Assembly (NCBI RefSeq): GCF_000009045.1
Contig: NC_000964.3
Coordinates: forward strand, 420,001-452,000
Direction of reading: 5' to 3'
DNA from: Bacillus subtilis subsp. subtilis str. 168
Lineage (GTDB): Bacteria; Bacillota; Bacilli; Bacillales; Bacillaceae
DNA: 32,000 nt
Shown here: one piece after another, positions 8,675-16,035 of the stretch
Layout of the letters: the number at the start of each line of letters is the position of its first letter
How positions within the stretch are numbered: position 1 is the stretch's first letter
Notes under the pieces: model-generated
What the model was told of the DNA's origin: nothing
Databases searched by the model: none
The model's input: the letters and a program-made list of their open reading frames with translations, nothing else
Translations under genes and position numbers: made by a program

Positions 8675-8708
8675 GGGCGGCGCATCAACTGATGCATCCG
8701 CCTTTTTT
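8675..8708 (+). terminator. Intrinsic terminator after yclK
   Basis: GGGCGG-CGCATC AACT GATGCA-TCCGCC hairpin followed by TTTTTT (8703..8708). Confidence 0.8.
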
Positions 8709-8726
8709 GCACACCGCTTCGGTTTA

Positions 8727-8755
8727 TTGCGTGCTCCCGAAAACAAAGATTGCGT
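8727..8755 (+). promoter_or_regulatory. ComA-box-like tripartite site upstream of rapC
   Basis: TTGCGT (8727..8732), N4, then CCGAAA (8737..8742), compared with the ComA consensus TTGCGG-N4-CCGCAA. A third half-site TTGCGT lies at 8750..8755, immediately upstream of the promoter. rapC is known to be ComA-activated. Confidence 0.6.
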
Positions 8756-8765
8756 GTTTTTCGGG

Positions 8766-8793
8766 TTGGGACGGCCTATAAACATGATAAAAT
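8766..8793 (+). promoter_or_regulatory. Sigma-A type promoter of rapC-phrC
   Basis: -35 TTGGGA (8766..8771), a 16-nt spacer, then the extended -10 TGaTAAAAT (8785..8793). Confidence 0.5.
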
Positions 8794-8830
8794 ATGACAT
8801 AAACAGTTTTTGATGGGAGAGGGTGAAGGA

Positions 8831-9979
8831 ATGAAGAGTGGGGTAATTCCTTCTTCAGCGGTCGGTCAAAAAATTAACGAGTGGTACAGATATATCCGGA
8901 CATTCAGCGTGCCGGATGCCGAAGTGTTAAAAGCTGAAATCCAGCAGGAACTGAAACACATGCAGCATGATTCCAACTTGCTGCTTTATTATTCACTAAT
9001 GGAATTCCGGCACCAGCTTATGCTGGATTATCTTGAGCCGTTAGAGAAATTAAATATCGAAGACCAGCCAAGCCTGTCTGAATTATCAAGAAACATTGAC
9101 AGCAACCAGGCAGATCTCAAAGGGCTGCTCGACTATTACGTGAATTTTTTTCGCGGGATGTATGAATTTGATAAGCGGGAATTTATTTCTGCCATTACAT
9201 ACTATAAACAGGCGGAGAAAAAGCTCTCCTTTGTCGCAGACCATATTGAACGGGCTGAATTCTATTTTAAAATCGCGGAAGCTTATTATTATATGAAGCA
9301 AACGTATTTTTCATTGATTAATATAAAAAACGCCTATGAAATTTACGTGGAGCAGGAAACCTATAATGTGAGAATCATTCAGTGCCATTTCGTCTTCGGG
9401 GTCAACCTGATGGATGAAAGAAATTTCGAACAAGCCGCACGCCATTTCAAATTGGCGCTCAACATGGCCCAAGCAGAACAAAAAGCCCAGCTGGTTGGAA
9501 GAGCATACTACAATCTCGGGTTATGCTATTACAATCAAGACCTTCTAGACCCTGCCATTGATTACTTTGAAAAAGCGGTCTCCACATTTGAAAGCAGCAG
9601 GATCGTCAATTCTCTCCCGCAAGCCTATTTTTTAATCACCCTGATTTATTATAAACAGGGAAAACATGATAAAGCTTCGGAATATCACAAGCGGGGCTAT
9701 GAATATGCTAAAGAAACAGACGATGCAGACTATGCCGTAAAATTCGAGTTTTTGCAATCCCTATATCTGGATCAGCCCAATGAAGAAGGAATCGAACGAT
9801 GTTTCCAGTACTTAAAAAATAAAAATATGTACGCTGATATAGAGGATTTAGCCCTAGAAGTAGCAAAATATTACTATGAACAGAAATGGTTTAAACTGTC
9901 TGCTTCCTACTTTCTACAAGTTGAAGAGGCAAGAAAACAAATACAAAGGAGTGAAGGTTTGTATGAAATTGAAATCTAA
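8831..9979 (+). CDS. rapC: Rap-family response-regulator aspartate phosphatase / ComA antagonist (TPR protein)
   Basis: The track ORF 8810..9979 is over-extended. The ATG at 8831 follows SD GGGAGAGGGTGAAGG and gives MKSGVIPSSAVGQKINEWY... (382 aa). The protein has a TPR-repeat architecture and a phr gene overlapping its 3' end. Confidence 0.93.
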   Translation: MKSGVIPSSAVGQKINEWYRYIRTFSVPDAEVLKAEIQQELKHMQHDSNLLLYYSLMEFRHQLMLDYLEPLEKLNIEDQPSLSELSRNIDSNQADLKGLLDYYVNFFRGMYEFDKREFISAITYYKQAEKKLSFVADHIERAEFYFKIAEAYYYMKQTYFSLINIKNAYEIYVEQETYNVRIIQCHFVFGVNLMDERNFEQAARHFKLALNMAQAEQKAQLVGRAYYNLGLCYYNQDLLDPAIDYFEKAVSTFESSRIVNSLPQAYFLITLIYYKQGKHDKASEYHKRGYEYAKETDDADYAVKFEFLQSLYLDQPNEEGIERCFQYLKNKNMYADIEDLALEVAKYYYEQKWFKLSASYFLQVEEARKQIQRSEGLYEIEI

Positions 9980-10085
9980 GTTGTTTGTTATTTGTTTGGC
10001 CGCAGCCGCGATTTTTACAGCGGCTGGCGTTTCTGCTAATGCGGAAGCACTCGACTTTCATGTGACAGAAAGAGGAATGACGTAA
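9963..10085 (+). CDS. phrC: Phr pro-peptide; the C-terminal pentapeptide ERGMT is the CSF signal
   Basis: 40-aa ORF MKLKSKLFVICLAAAAIFTAAGVSANAEALDFHVTERGMT. SD AAAGGAGTGAAGG lies upstream. It has a signal peptide and a C-terminal ERGMT (10068..10082). It overlaps the rapC 3' end by 17 nt and is nested inside the over-extended track ORF 9876..10085. Confidence 0.93.
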   Translation: MKLKSKLFVICLAAAAIFTAAGVSANAEALDFHVTERGMT

Positions 10086-10092
10086 GAACAAG

Positions 10093-10126
10093 CCCCTTCT
10101 CATTAGCGAGAAGGGGTTTTTCTTTT
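10093..10126 (+). terminator. Intrinsic terminator after phrC
   Basis: CCCCTTCTC ATTAGC GAGAAGGGG (9-bp stem) followed by TTTTTCTTTT. Confidence 0.88.
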
Positions 10127-10127
10127 C

Positions 10128-10159
10128 AAAAAAACACCGCAAGACATAGTCTTGCGGTG
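10128..10159 (-). terminator. Intrinsic terminator after yczM (minus strand)
   Basis: Perfect 11-bp stem CACCGCAAGAC ATA GTCTTGCGGTG. On the plus strand it is preceded by AAAAAAA, which is the U-tract on the minus strand. Confidence 0.88.
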
Positions 10160-10184
10160 CCGCCTTCATGGAGATTACGTTTAT

Positions 10185-10274
10185 TTAGTAGCCTCCTACA
10201 AATGCAGTTCCCACAATGATCAAGAGGATAAATAACACAACAATCAAAGCGAAAGAAGTTCCGTAACCTGACAT
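10185..10274 (-). CDS. yczM: Tiny transmembrane protein, 29 aa (YjcZ-like tiny-TM family)
   Basis: Not in the ORF track. ATG (10272..10274) lies 6 nt after SD AAGGAGGTG. The product is [29 protein letters not shown]. It is a paralogue of the adjacent yczN, with only synonymous differences across the hydrophobic core. Confidence 0.85.
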   Translation of the reverse strand: MSGYGTSFALIVVLFILLIIVGTAFVGGY

Positions 10275-10355
10275 TTTGTGCACCTCCTTGCGAGATTGCT
10301 TCAGCAAATGCTGCAAAACTGTGGCGGACAGGGTCCCGCAGAGACGGTCAGCAGC

Positions 10356-10469
10356 TTAGAAGCCGCCAACAAACGCAGTCCCTACGATAATTAATAGAAT
10401 AAACAATACAACGATTAAAGCGAAAGAACTGATGCCGCCGTAACCGCCGCCGTTAGAGTATCCTGACAT
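10356..10469 (-). CDS. yczN: Tiny transmembrane protein, 37 aa (YjcZ-like tiny-TM family)
   Basis: Not in the ORF track. ATG (10467..10469) lies 7 nt after SD GGGAGGTG. The product is [37 protein letters not shown], with a Gly/Tyr-rich N-terminus and a single TM helix. Confidence 0.85.
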   Translation of the reverse strand: MSGYSNGGGYGGISSFALIVVLFILLIIVGTAFVGGF

Positions 10470-10582
10470 AAGGTTTCACCTCCCTATGAAGGATACTATA
10501 AGATATGCTGAACCGATCCATTTGGCAGGGATAATAGTGGACAAGAGAAAAAATGAAGAATTCGGCTATATGAAGGTGATAT

Positions 10583-10610
10583 AAAAAAATAGCGGGCGCT
10601 GCCGCCCGCT
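10583..10610 (-). terminator. Intrinsic terminator after yclM (minus strand)
   Basis: AGCGGGCG CTGC CGCCCGCT (8-bp GC stem). On the plus strand it is preceded by AAAAAAA, which is the U-tract on the minus strand. It lies 13 nt beyond the yclM stop. Confidence 0.85.
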
Positions 10611-10622
10611 ATTTATGTACGA

Positions 10623-11987
10623 TTAAGAGATCAGCACGCCCGCGAAAAATTCCTGGTATAACGCTTGAACGGCTTTTCTTTCTTCGGCTTCTTTTACGCC
10701 AAACATCATGCTCACTTCAGAAGACCCCTGATTGATCATTTCGATATTCACCTGTGCCTCTGATAATGCTTTGGCGGCTCTTGCCGTTGTACCGACATTG
10801 TGGCGCATCGCTTCCCCTACAACCATAATCAGGGCGAGATGATGCTCGACGATGACTTCATCGGCATGCAAATCCTCTTCGATCCGTTTGATGACGCTGC
10901 GTTCAGTGGCGGCATCCATTTGCCCCTGCCGTAAAATGATTGTCATGTCATCGATTCCCGATGGAACATGCTCATACGTCAAACCATGCTCCTCCAGGAT
11001 TTGAAGGGCTCTGCGGCCAAAACCGATTTCTCTGTTCATGAGATACTTGCTGATATAAATGCTGCAAAAACCGGTGTCGCTGGCAATGCCGACGACAGGC
11101 CCGTTTGTGTTATCCCGCTTGCTGACGACGCGGGTGCCTTCGGCTGAGGGGTTGTTCGTATTTTTGATCTGAACAGGAATCCCCGCTCTGAATGCCGGAA
11201 TGAGCGCTTCATCATGAAACACTGAAAAACCCGCGTAGGACAGCTCCCGCATCTCTCTATATGTCAGCTCGCTGATTTCCTTTGGATTCTCAACGAAGGA
11301 CGGATTGACAGAATACACAGCGTCTACGTCTGTAAAGTTTTCGTACAAATCGGCTTGTAGTCCGTTGGCAAGAATCGAACCGGTAATATCAGAACCGCTC
11401 CGTGAGAATGTGATCACATCGCCATCCTTGCTGAATCCGAAAAAACCGGGAAAAATGATGAGTCCGTCACGTTCCCGAAGACGATAGAGGTTTTGATAGG
11501 ATTCAGGAAGAACTTGCGCGTTGCCGGGTTCATTTGTCACAAAGAGGCCGGCATCCTTCGGGTTTACATATTCCGCTTTGACGCCTTTATAACGGAAGTA
11601 AGCGGCGATCAGTTTGGCATTGTTATCCTCTCCGCTGGCCTTGACTGCGTCAAGGTATTGTTCGGGATTGCTTTTGTCTCCTTCTAAAAGCGTAAACAGA
11701 TCATCTCTGATTTTTTCGATAATGCTTTGCCCCAGCTGAAGCTCATTGGCGATGAGAGCGTACCGTTCCACAACAGCTTCCGCCAGTTCAGGTGCGCTGC
11801 CTGTTGCCAAATATTGTTCTGCACATGCGATTAAGAGATCAGTCACTTTCGTATCCTCGGCATAGTGTTTTCCCGGAGCTGAAACGACTACAGCTTTCCG
11901 TGCCGGATCTGAGGTAACGATGTGAAACACCTTGTCAAGCTGGGCGCCTGAAGCAAGTGAGCTGCCTCCGAATTTAACGACCTTCAT
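10623..11987 (-). CDS. yclM: Aspartokinase (aspartate kinase III)
   Basis: 454-aa ORF with the N-terminal kinase motif VVKFGGSSL and C-terminal ACT-type regulatory repeats. SD AGGAGATG lies upstream. Recognised as B. subtilis YclM/ThrD. Confidence 0.93.
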   Translation of the reverse strand: MKVVKFGGSSLASGAQLDKVFHIVTSDPARKAVVVSAPGKHYAEDTKVTDLLIACAEQYLATGSAPELAEAVVERYALIANELQLGQSIIEKIRDDLFTLLEGDKSNPEQYLDAVKASGEDNNAKLIAAYFRYKGVKAEYVNPKDAGLFVTNEPGNAQVLPESYQNLYRLRERDGLIIFPGFFGFSKDGDVITFSRSGSDITGSILANGLQADLYENFTDVDAVYSVNPSFVENPKEISELTYREMRELSYAGFSVFHDEALIPAFRAGIPVQIKNTNNPSAEGTRVVSKRDNTNGPVVGIASDTGFCSIYISKYLMNREIGFGRRALQILEEHGLTYEHVPSGIDDMTIILRQGQMDAATERSVIKRIEEDLHADEVIVEHHLALIMVVGEAMRHNVGTTARAAKALSEAQVNIEMINQGSSEVSMMFGVKEAEERKAVQALYQEFFAGVLIS

Positions 11988-12033
11988 GTTTACATCTCCT
12001 AATGTTTAAAATTTTCACACAAATTTAGTATTT

Positions 12034-12062
12034 ATTATCTCTCTTTCAGTACTGTAAATCAA
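12034..12062 (-). promoter_or_regulatory. Candidate sigma-A promoter of yclM
   Basis: On the minus strand, -35 TTGATT (12057..12062), a 17-nt spacer, then -10 GATAAT (12034..12039). This would give a leader of roughly 40 nt. Confidence 0.4.
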
Positions 12063-12242
12063 GGGGGAATTTCTTTCTCAGGAGAACATTTGTATTTTTC
12101 ACGAGGAATAATGTTAGGTTTGCTGACCGTATGCCTGCGTTATAAAGATAAATATGGTAAACAGCCTAACGTTTTGGGATGGAAAATGGTTAGAATGATT
12201 AGTAAAATTGATAAATGACTAGGTTAATATTTTTAAAGAATA

Positions 12243-12295
12243 TTGACTAACCCTATAAAAATGGTAATATGTAAATGATAATGATAATCAATTAC
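12243..12295 (+). promoter_or_regulatory. yclN promoter with overlapping Fur box
   Basis: -35 TTGACT (12243..12248), a 16-nt spacer, then the extended -10 TGgTAATAT (12262..12270). GATAATGATAATCAATTAC (12277..12295) matches the 19-bp Fur consensus GATAATGATAATCATTATC at 16/19 positions and lies just downstream of the -10. Confidence 0.8.
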
Positions 12296-12371
12296 TATAT
12301 GGCCATATTGTTTTGAGTCCTTGCGGAGTAGGAGATACGTTCTTTTTGCTGTAAGGATGTAAGGAGGCAGC

Positions 12372-13322
12372 ATGAAGCTACGTTACTTATTTATTCTACT
12401 TATCATATTAGCAGTCACATCTGTATTTATCGGTGTAGAAGATCTGTCGCCGCTTGATCTCTTCGATTTAAGCAAACAAGAGGCGTCAACGCTGTTTGCA
12501 AGCCGTTTGCCGCGATTGATCAGCATTGTCATTGCGGGATTAAGCATGAGCATCTGCGGTTTGATTATGCAGCAGATCAGCAGAAATAAATTCGTGTCAC
12601 CGACGACGGCGGGCACGATGGATTGGGCGAGGCTCGGCATTTTAATTTCCTTGCTGCTGTTTACATCCGCCAGTCCTTTAATCAAAATGCTGGTCGCGTT
12701 TGTCTTTGCCCTTGCAGGAAATTTTCTGTTTATGAAAATCCTTGAAAGAATCAAGTTTAACGACACCATCTTTATTCCGCTTGTCGGTTTAATGCTCGGG
12801 AATATCGTCAGTTCAATCGCGACATTTATCGCATATAAATATGACTTGATCCAGAATGTGTCATCATGGCTGCAGGGAGACTTCTCTTTAGTCGTGAAAG
12901 GAAGATACGAGCTTCTTTATCTGAGTATTCCGCTCGTCATCATTGCCTATGTGTATGCGGATAAATTCACATTGGCCGGTATGGGTGAAAGCTTTTCTGT
13001 CAACCTCGGCCTCAAGTATAAACGGGTTGTGAACATCGGGCTCATTATCGTGTCCCTGATCACGTCTCTTGTCATTTTGACTGTCGGTATGCTGCCGTTT
13101 CTCGGTTTAATCATCCCGAATATTGTATCGATTTACAGAGGAGACAATCTGAAGAGCAGCCTGCCGCATACTGTGCTGTTGGGAGCGGTTTTTGTGCTGT
13201 TTTGCGATATACTGGGCAGAATCATTATCTTCCCTTATGAAATCTCGATTGGCCTGATGGTCGGAATCATCGGCAGCGGCATTTTCCTGTTTATGCTGTT
13301 AAGGAGAAAAGCCTATGCGTAA
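12372..13322 (+). CDS. yclN: Iron-siderophore (petrobactin) ABC transporter permease, FecCD family
   Basis: 316-aa polytopic membrane ORF. SD AAGGAGG lies 4-5 nt upstream. It is the first gene of a permease-permease-ATPase-binding protein operon behind a Fur box. Confidence 0.9.
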   Translation: MKLRYLFILLIILAVTSVFIGVEDLSPLDLFDLSKQEASTLFASRLPRLISIVIAGLSMSICGLIMQQISRNKFVSPTTAGTMDWARLGILISLLLFTSASPLIKMLVAFVFALAGNFLFMKILERIKFNDTIFIPLVGLMLGNIVSSIATFIAYKYDLIQNVSSWLQGDFSLVVKGRYELLYLSIPLVIIAYVYADKFTLAGMGESFSVNLGLKYKRVVNIGLIIVSLITSLVILTVGMLPFLGLIIPNIVSIYRGDNLKSSLPHTVLLGAVFVLFCDILGRIIIFPYEISIGLMVGIIGSGIFLFMLLRRKAYA

Positions 13323-14262
13323 CCAGATGAAAATAGCTTTGCTCGTTGGTTTAGCCATTGTATGTATTGGCTTGTTTTTGTTTTATGACTTAGGCAATTG
13401 GGATTACACCCTGCCGAGACGAATCAAAAAAGTCGCTGCCATTGTGCTGACTGGGGGAGCGATTGCGTTTTCGACCATGATCTTTCAAACGATTACGAAC
13501 AACCGCATCCTGACGCCGAGCATTTTGGGCCTTGATTCTCTCTACATGCTGATTCAGACTGGCATTATCTTTTTGTTCGGTTCTGCGAATATGGTCATCA
13601 TGAATAAAAACATCAACTTTATCATCTCTGTTCTGCTGATGATCCTGTTTTCTCTTGTTTTGTATCAGATCATGTTCAAGGGTGAGGGGAGAAATATCTT
13701 TTTCCTTCTGCTTATCGGAATCGTGTTTGGCACGCTGTTCAGCAGCCTGTCTTCTTTTATGCAGATGCTGATTGATCCGAACGAGTTCCAAGTTGTGCAG
13801 GACAAGATGTTTGCCAGCTTTAACAATATCAATACGGATTTGTTATGGCTCGCGTTCATCATCTTCCTGCTGACAGGCGTTTATGTCTGGCGTTTTACAA
13901 AATTTTTCGATGTGCTGTCGCTCGGACGCGAGCACGCCGTGAATTTGGGCATTGACTACGACAAAGTGGTGAAGCAGATGCTGATCGTGGTTGCGATTTT
14001 GGTTTCTGTTTCAACAGCGCTAGTCGGGCCGATTATGTTTTTAGGCCTTCTGGTCGTCAACCTGGCGAGAGAATTCCTGAAAACATATAAGCATTCATAC
14101 TTAATCGCAGGCTCCGTTTTCATCAGCATCATTGCGCTGGTCGGAGGGCAGTTTGTGGTTGAGAAAGTGTTTACCTTCTCAACGACGCTGAGCGTCATTA
14201 TTAATTTTGCCGGCGGGATTTATTTTATCTACTTGCTGTTAAAGGAGAATAAATCATGGTAG
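13315..14262 (+). CDS. yclO: Iron-siderophore ABC transporter permease, FecCD family
   Basis: 315-aa polytopic membrane ORF. SD AAGGAG lies 8 nt upstream. It overlaps yclN by 8 nt. Confidence 0.9.
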   Translation: MRNQMKIALLVGLAIVCIGLFLFYDLGNWDYTLPRRIKKVAAIVLTGGAIAFSTMIFQTITNNRILTPSILGLDSLYMLIQTGIIFLFGSANMVIMNKNINFIISVLLMILFSLVLYQIMFKGEGRNIFFLLLIGIVFGTLFSSLSSFMQMLIDPNEFQVVQDKMFASFNNINTDLLWLAFIIFLLTGVYVWRFTKFFDVLSLGREHAVNLGIDYDKVVKQMLIVVAILVSVSTALVGPIMFLGLLVVNLAREFLKTYKHSYLIAGSVFISIIALVGGQFVVEKVFTFSTTLSVIINFAGGIYFIYLLLKENKSW

Positions 14263-15014
14263 AGGTCAGAAATGTAAGCAAACAATATGGCGGGAAAGTT
14301 GTTCTTGAAGAGACGTCAGTCACGATTCAAAAGGGCAAAATCACCTCGTTTATCGGTCCTAACGGCGCCGGCAAAAGTACGCTGCTGTCTATCATGAGCC
14401 GCCTGATCAAAAAGGATTCCGGCGAGATTTACATAGACGGACAAGAGATTGGAGCATGTGACAGCAAAGAGCTTGCCAAGAAAATGAGCATTTTGAAGCA
14501 GGCGAACCAAATCAATATCAGGCTCACGATCAAAGACCTCGTCAGTTTTGGCAGGTTTCCGTACTCACAGGGCCGGCTGACAGAGGAAGACTGGGTTCAT
14601 ATCAACCAGGCGCTTAGCTATATGAAGCTGGAAGACATTCAAGACAAATACTTGGATCAGCTGAGCGGCGGACAGTGCCAAAGGGCATTTATCGCCATGG
14701 TCATTGCCCAGGACACAGATTATATCTTTCTGGATGAACCGCTGAACAATCTGGATATGAAACACTCAGTTGAAATTATGAAACTGCTGAAACGGCTGGT
14801 AGAGGAGCTTGGAAAAACGATCGTGATCGTCATTCACGATATCAATTTTGCTTCAGTCTATTCTGACTATATCGTCGCTTTGAAAAACGGCCGAATCGTT
14901 AAAGAAGGACCGCCTGAAGAAATGATAGAAACATCAGTGCTTGAGGAAATCTACGATATGACCATCCCGATTCAGACGATTGATAATCAAAGAATAGGTG
15001 TTTATTTTTCTTAA
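14256..15014 (+). CDS. yclP: Iron-siderophore ABC transporter ATP-binding protein
   Basis: 252-aa ORF with Walker A GPNGAGKST, signature LSGGQCQR and Walker B IFLDEPLN. It overlaps yclO by 7 nt. Confidence 0.92.
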   Translation: MVEVRNVSKQYGGKVVLEETSVTIQKGKITSFIGPNGAGKSTLLSIMSRLIKKDSGEIYIDGQEIGACDSKELAKKMSILKQANQINIRLTIKDLVSFGRFPYSQGRLTEEDWVHINQALSYMKLEDIQDKYLDQLSGGQCQRAFIAMVIAQDTDYIFLDEPLNNLDMKHSVEIMKLLKRLVEELGKTIVIVIHDINFASVYSDYIVALKNGRIVKEGPPEEMIETSVLEEIYDMTIPIQTIDNQRIGVYFS

Positions 15015-15035
15015 TATATAGAAGAGGTGAGGAGC

Positions 15036-15989
15036 ATGAAAAAGTTCGCGTTACTATTCATCGCTTTGGTCACTGCCGTTGTCATTTCTGCATGCGGAAA
15101 CCAAAGCACAAGCAGCAAAGGTTCTGATACAAAGAAAGAACAAATCACAGTGAAACACCAGCTCGACAAAAACGGCACAAAAGTACCGAAGAACCCTAAA
15201 AAAGTTGTCGTATTTGACTTTGGAAGCTTAGATACATTAGATAAACTAGGACTTGATGATATAGTAGCGGGCCTGCCGAAACAAGTCCTTCCTAAATATC
15301 TGTCCAAATTCAAGGATGACAAATACGCTGATGTCGGCAGCTTAAAAGAGCCAGACTTCGACAAAGTGGCAGAATTAGATCCTGATCTGATCATTATTTC
15401 AGCAAGACAATCTGAGTCTTACAAAGAATTCTCTAAAATTGCGCCGACGATTTACCTTGGTGTAGATACAGCGAAGTACATGGAATCATTTAAATCAGAC
15501 GCTGAAACAATCGGTAAAATCTTTGATAAAGAAGACAAAGTGAAAGATGAGCTCGCAAACATTGATCACTCAATCGCAGATGTAAAGAAAACCGCTGAAA
15601 AGCTTAACAAAAACGGTCTCGTCATCATGGCGAACGATGGAAAAATCAGCGCGTTCGGCCCTAAATCAAGATACGGCCTGATCCATGACGTATTCGGCGT
15701 GGCTCCGGCTGATCAAAACATCAAAGCGTCTACGCACGGACAAAGTGTTTCTTACGAGTACATTTCAAAAACAAACCCTGATTACTTGTTTGTTATTGAC
15801 CGCGGTACAGCAATCGGAGAAACATCATCTACAAAACAAGTCGTGGAAAACGATTATGTGAAAAACGTAAACGCAGTGAAAAATGGTCATGTCATCTACC
15901 TTGATTCTGCTACTTGGTATTTATCAGGAGGCGGACTTGAGTCTATGACGCAAATGATTAAAGAAGTGAAAGACGGTTTAGAAAAGTAA
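15036..15989 (+). CDS. yclQ: Siderophore (petrobactin)-binding lipoprotein
   Basis: The track ORF starts at GTG 15027. The ATG at 15036 after SD AGAGGTGAGGAG gives MKKFALLFIALVTAVVISAC with the lipobox ISAC. It looks like a class III periplasmic-binding-protein-like solute receptor. Confidence 0.9.
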   Translation: MKKFALLFIALVTAVVISACGNQSTSSKGSDTKKEQITVKHQLDKNGTKVPKNPKKVVVFDFGSLDTLDKLGLDDIVAGLPKQVLPKYLSKFKDDKYADVGSLKEPDFDKVAELDPDLIIISARQSESYKEFSKIAPTIYLGVDTAKYMESFKSDAETIGKIFDKEDKVKDELANIDHSIADVKKTAEKLNKNGLVIMANDGKISAFGPKSRYGLIHDVFGVAPADQNIKASTHGQSVSYEYISKTNPDYLFVIDRGTAIGETSSTKQVVENDYVKNVNAVKNGHVIYLDSATWYLSGGGLESMTQMIKEVKDGLEK

Positions 15990-15993
15990 AACC

Positions 15994-16030
15994 AAAAAGA
16001 GCCTCCGCTAAATAGCGGGGCTCTTTTTTT
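15994..16030. terminator. Bidirectional intrinsic terminator between yclQ and ycnB
   Basis: AAAAAGAGCCTCCGCT AAAT AGCGGGGCTCTTTTTTT: a GC-rich stem flanked by an A-run and a T-run, between convergent genes. Confidence 0.88.
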
Positions 16031-16035
16031 GTTAA

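Noticed and set aside
9891-10169. 92-aa minus-strand ORF antisense to the rapC 3' end, phrC and both terminators
   Set aside because: It reads through two strong terminator hairpins, has no SD, and lies antisense to recognised genes. Its composition is not protein-like.
11988-12240. Possible amino-acid riboswitch (L-box) or T-box leader upstream of the aspartokinase gene yclM
   Set aside because: I could not find the conserved L-box or T-box core elements, or a terminator/antiterminator pair followed by a U-tract on the minus strand. A plausible promoter lies only about 45 nt from the start codon. This gene is, to my knowledge, controlled by a DNA-binding regulator rather than an RNA leader.
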